A stretch of 64,000 nt of DNA from sequence record DRR378314_213. One strand, given 5' to 3'. Below are positions 61,132 to 64,000 of the stretch, piece by piece. The notes beneath the pieces are model-generated. The model saw only the letters and a list, made by a program, of their open reading frames with translations. It did no database searches and had not been told where the DNA came from. The first letter of the stretch is position 1; the number at the start of each line of letters is the position of its first letter. Made by a program: the position numbers and the translations under genes.

Positions 61132-61517
61132 ATTTTATACTCTAGCAAGTTTTTCTAAAATTGGATGTATACCATGAGCTGCCTTTATTACTTTTTCGTT
61201 AAGCTGCAGAGGTTAAGTAAGTTATTGTATTTAAATAGAAGTTTTTATTCTGATAATCTCTAGCTCAAACAATAAAAATGCACTTATAGGTATAATTAGG
61301 TGATAAGTAATGTTTTTATTTAGGGGATTTGCGTGCAGATATAGCAATTGCTTTACAGATAGAGGACCTATGTCGACGCAATAGGGGTCACAATTCTGCT
61401 GTTTTCTGCGGGGAAGGCAAAGTAATCGAAGCTGCCATTACTCTCAAAGGGGGGGGCTTGGAAAGAAGTAACAACAGCTCCGATCAACCTTGGACAAGTT
61501 CATTTTGTCGTTAGAGT

Positions 61518-61534
61518 GTTAACAATGTGTTAAC
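61518..61534. promoter_or_regulatory. CtrA-type binding site
   Basis: GTTAA-caatgtg-TTAAC matches TTAA-N7-TTAAC on both strands. Confidence 0.6.
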
Positions 61535-61575
61535 TTGTAATGAAAGACTGGCCTTTAATTCTGAAAGTTTTTCAA

Positions 61576-62736
61576 TTAAACCGAGTTATCGTTTTTTTTC
61601 AATAACTTCGCCTTTTCAGGAATTTTCAAATTTTTTTCATTGCTGGTTTTACCGTCATTTTCGTAAAGCATTGTCATGAGAATCTTGTCTAAAAACCGAA
61701 AAATGAAGTCGATACTATAGCCAGCCAGGAAAGCCAGAGCCAATGGGCTTAGGGAACTATCCCCGGGATCGATTGTTAATAGCTGTTCAATATTTTCTGG
61801 AACCGGCTTTGGCGGTCCACTTGTGGGATGGATGAAAAAACTGATCATCATTCCGGCTAACGGTCCTTGGGCCAGACGTAGATTATAATTGATATAGGAG
61901 TTTCGCGAAAAAATGAGGCTCGAGATCTCTCTTGGCAGCTGGCGGAGGATATAAAAACAGGCGCCGATCAATCCATAGAGGATCGGTAGAAGATATTCAC
62001 TGATCGCTTGCAAGGTGTTCTCGGCTGCGACGAACTGAATTCGTTTCTGAATCGCTTTGGAGTAAGACTTGAAATCCTCGTCTTGCCAGGGTTGGTAGGT
62101 GAACACATCCAGATTGGACCAGACTTCATTCCAGTTCTGCAGATGATTGGTCGCCGCGTCACGCCAGTTTAGATGTTCGTTGAGTTGATCGCGGATCAAT
62201 CCCAGTTCAAGCGCTCGCGGATGGTCAATGCTCAAGTGATCCTGTGGTGGGTTTCGAGTTGTTTGTTTGGAAAGTGTAACCAGCCGGTCGTTTAATGCCG
62301 ATATATTTTGATTTTGCGTATTGATATCCAATACGAGGGCATAGCCCACATACCAGTAGATTTGAATCGCGATCAATAAAAATAATGTAGACATGGACAG
62401 GATCCGATAGCGCGTGACACAGCGCTCTGACAGCGATCGCCTACTGCGCCGCCAAAACCAAAAGCGGCTTTCTTTTGAAGCGGTAACAGGTGGGTAGTTG
62501 GACAGGATACTGTCGATGGTAATCGGATGGAGCAGATCACAAAGCTCACTGTAAGCTACCCAAAAGGCAATCCGATTGTCTTTGGTTAGAGTATCTAGCT
62601 GGTCACAATCTGTAACCGTCAGGATCGCGTTCATCACATTTTCGGGAATAGGCAGGGCACATTCACTGGCGACCTGTATCATCAGGCTCGCGTTTTCAGC
62701 TGAGGATAGAAGGCGGCTGTCGTGAGCTATAGACAC
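61576..62736 (-). CDS. Hypothetical multi-pass membrane protein
   Basis: One central TM helix, a soluble helical region, then LLPILYGLIGACFYILR, GPLAGMMISFF, LSPLALAFLAGYSIDFIF. Confidence 0.75.
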   Translation of the reverse strand: MSIAHDSRLLSSAENASLMIQVASECALPIPENVMNAILTVTDCDQLDTLTKDNRIAFWVAYSELCDLLHPITIDSILSNYPPVTASKESRFWFWRRSRRSLSERCVTRYRILSMSTLFLLIAIQIYWYVGYALVLDINTQNQNISALNDRLVTLSKQTTRNPPQDHLSIDHPRALELGLIRDQLNEHLNWRDAATNHLQNWNEVWSNLDVFTYQPWQDEDFKSYSKAIQKRIQFVAAENTLQAISEYLLPILYGLIGACFYILRQLPREISSLIFSRNSYINYNLRLAQGPLAGMMISFFIHPTSGPPKPVPENIEQLLTIDPGDSSLSPLALAFLAGYSIDFIFRFLDKILMTMLYENDGKTSNEKNLKIPEKAKLLKKNDNSV

Positions 62737-62883
62737 TTTAGGATCCTGAGATTACCTGTGCGGTGCAAAAGGTTGCTCAAGTAAGACGGTAACAATTTGA
62801 AATCTGTGAGGGTTGGTCTTGTGAAGTCAGACGGTGCTCAGTATAAATTTAGAATGCTTGATACTATAAGGGGTTTCTGTTCA

Positions 62884-63234
62884 GTGATTACGATTTACGG
62901 CATCAAAACATGCGACACGGTTCGAAAAGCGTTAAAATGGGCTGCAGCGGAAGGGTTGGATCATCAGTTCCATGACTTTCGAAAAGATCCCGTATCTATT
63001 GAGCAGATCCAGAATTGGGAAAAAGCAGTCGGGCGGGATGTGCTGATCAACAAAAAGGGCGCTACTTATCGCAAGATGGATGCGGATGAGAAGGCAATCC
63101 TTGAAGGGGATGCGCCTTATGAATTACTTCAGGCGCAGCCAACACTCATGAAGCGCCCCGTTTTTGAAAAGGGAGCACAAGTGGTTGTTGGATTTAAAGC
63201 TCCGGAACAACAGGCCGTCCTGACGTTTTCCTAA
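62884..63234 (+). CDS. ArsC/Spx (YffB-like) family protein
   Basis: GTG start; ITIYGIKTCDTVRKA, FHDFRKD, PTLMKRPV, VGFK. Confidence 0.88.
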   Translation: MITIYGIKTCDTVRKALKWAAAEGLDHQFHDFRKDPVSIEQIQNWEKAVGRDVLINKKGATYRKMDADEKAILEGDAPYELLQAQPTLMKRPVFEKGAQVVVGFKAPEQQAVLTFS

Positions 63235-63283
63235 GTAGCTTAACGCCGTTCAGAATGCATGTGATCCGTTAAGCGGATGATTG

Positions 63284-63952
63284 TTATTTAAGCTGCTGAA
63301 TGTAGCAAAGAACATGATCGATGGTTCGCAGATCCTCACTTAAGGGGAGCGCAATCAAACGAATGGGCATCTCGCCAGTTAAAGATGGGAATCTTTCTGT
63401 CCCGTGGGTTGGTTTGCCACTTGTCGCTACTTCTCGTGCCAGTCCCAGGATCCAATCGATCACCATGGGGGTGAATTCGATGCGATCAATTTTCTGCTCT
63501 TCAGGTGCGTATTTTTCACTTGTCTTGCGAATAGCTGTTGTGAATTCATACTTCACCTGCAGGCGCCCGATTTCCCGGTTGCAATGGATGAGAAGACAAT
63601 TAGGCCAATGCTGACCAATCTTCTCTGGCTCCAGCGACTGCCAGGACGGATAGCGGCGCCCTTGGCGAATGTCCAACCAATAATTCAGGATATCCGGTGC
63701 GGCCTGCTTCTTCGGTCCCCAACCTGTATTGCGGATCGGTTTTGATGCCGGGGCGGGCATTGGCGCGGGGGTAATTGCGGCTGGGGCTGCAGTTGTTTGA
63801 TCAAGTTCTTCACTCAACAGGGCCAGCCGCCGGGTAATGTCACCAGCTTTCGGAGCGTCGGGTTGGGCCAGGCTCGTCTTTCGGACCTGAATACGGGCTA
63901 AAGAAGCGGCATTGCCGCAATCTACATCCTCTTGATCAAACACATTTGGCAT
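63284..63952 (-). CDS. PAS-fold (PAS_5-like) protein with N-terminal extension
   Basis: ILNYWLDIRQGRRYPSW..LEP...WPNCLL...RLIALPLSED..IDHVL after a Pro/Ala-rich linker. Confidence 0.65.
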   Translation of the reverse strand: MPNVFDQEDVDCGNAASLARIQVRKTSLAQPDAPKAGDITRRLALLSEELDQTTAAPAAITPAPMPAPASKPIRNTGWGPKKQAAPDILNYWLDIRQGRRYPSWQSLEPEKIGQHWPNCLLIHCNREIGRLQVKYEFTTAIRKTSEKYAPEEQKIDRIEFTPMVIDWILGLAREVATSGKPTHGTERFPSLTGEMPIRLIALPLSEDLRTIDHVLCYIQQLK

Positions 63953-64000
63953 GATGCACCCCTTTTTTTATTTGCTGGTAATCTGTTTCAACAAACAATT

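Noticed and set aside
61329-61514. 61-aa ORF in the intergenic region
   Set aside because: TTG start, no recognisable motif; cannot be supported as a CDS without expression data
63238-63275. GCTTAACG...CGTTAAGC inverted repeat
   Set aside because: Long loop between convergent genes; most simply a weak terminator or stability hairpin, not a mobile-element end
1-64000. rRNA, tRNA, CRISPR, prophage, IS or integron
   Set aside because: Intergenic gaps are short and none showed such signatures; no mobility or phage proteins in the ORF track (inspection by eye only)

Overview
64 kb of chromosome from an alphaproteobacterium. The gene order is diagnostic; a marine Sneathiella/Rhodospirillales-grade organism is my inference. 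The backbone is conserved housekeeping synteny: ilvD; xth-erpA; [argS slot]-SPOR-nagZ-M50-scpA-scpB; Fe3+ ABC-tatABC-serS-surE-pcm-nlpD; yajC-secDF-Mth938; sodB; trmFO-uvrA-ssb; gyrA-coaD-ppi-queA-tgt. Accessory genes lie at the left end (tandem VPLPA/PEP-CTERM proteins, a zinc-knuckle/TM/OmpA protein), in a ~17 kb block between ssb and gyrA, and at the right end (cNMP-EAL protein, unknown membrane protein, PAS protein). I found no rRNA, tRNA, CRISPR array, integrase or transposase. Best leads: (1) the argS position holds an intact 339-aa ArgRS derivative that keeps both tRNA-contacting domains but lacks the catalytic core; (2) a pseudoknotted, switch-like leader RNA that can sequester the start codon of a DUF1835-like gene; (3) a C-x9-C-x10-C-x2-H knuckle fused via TM helices to an OmpA-like domain; (4) a nitroreductase/acyl-CoA ligase/atypical thiolase operon; (5) a perfect CtrA-type box upstream of a cNMP-binding EAL protein. 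All family assignments come from motif recognition by eye; no searches were run.
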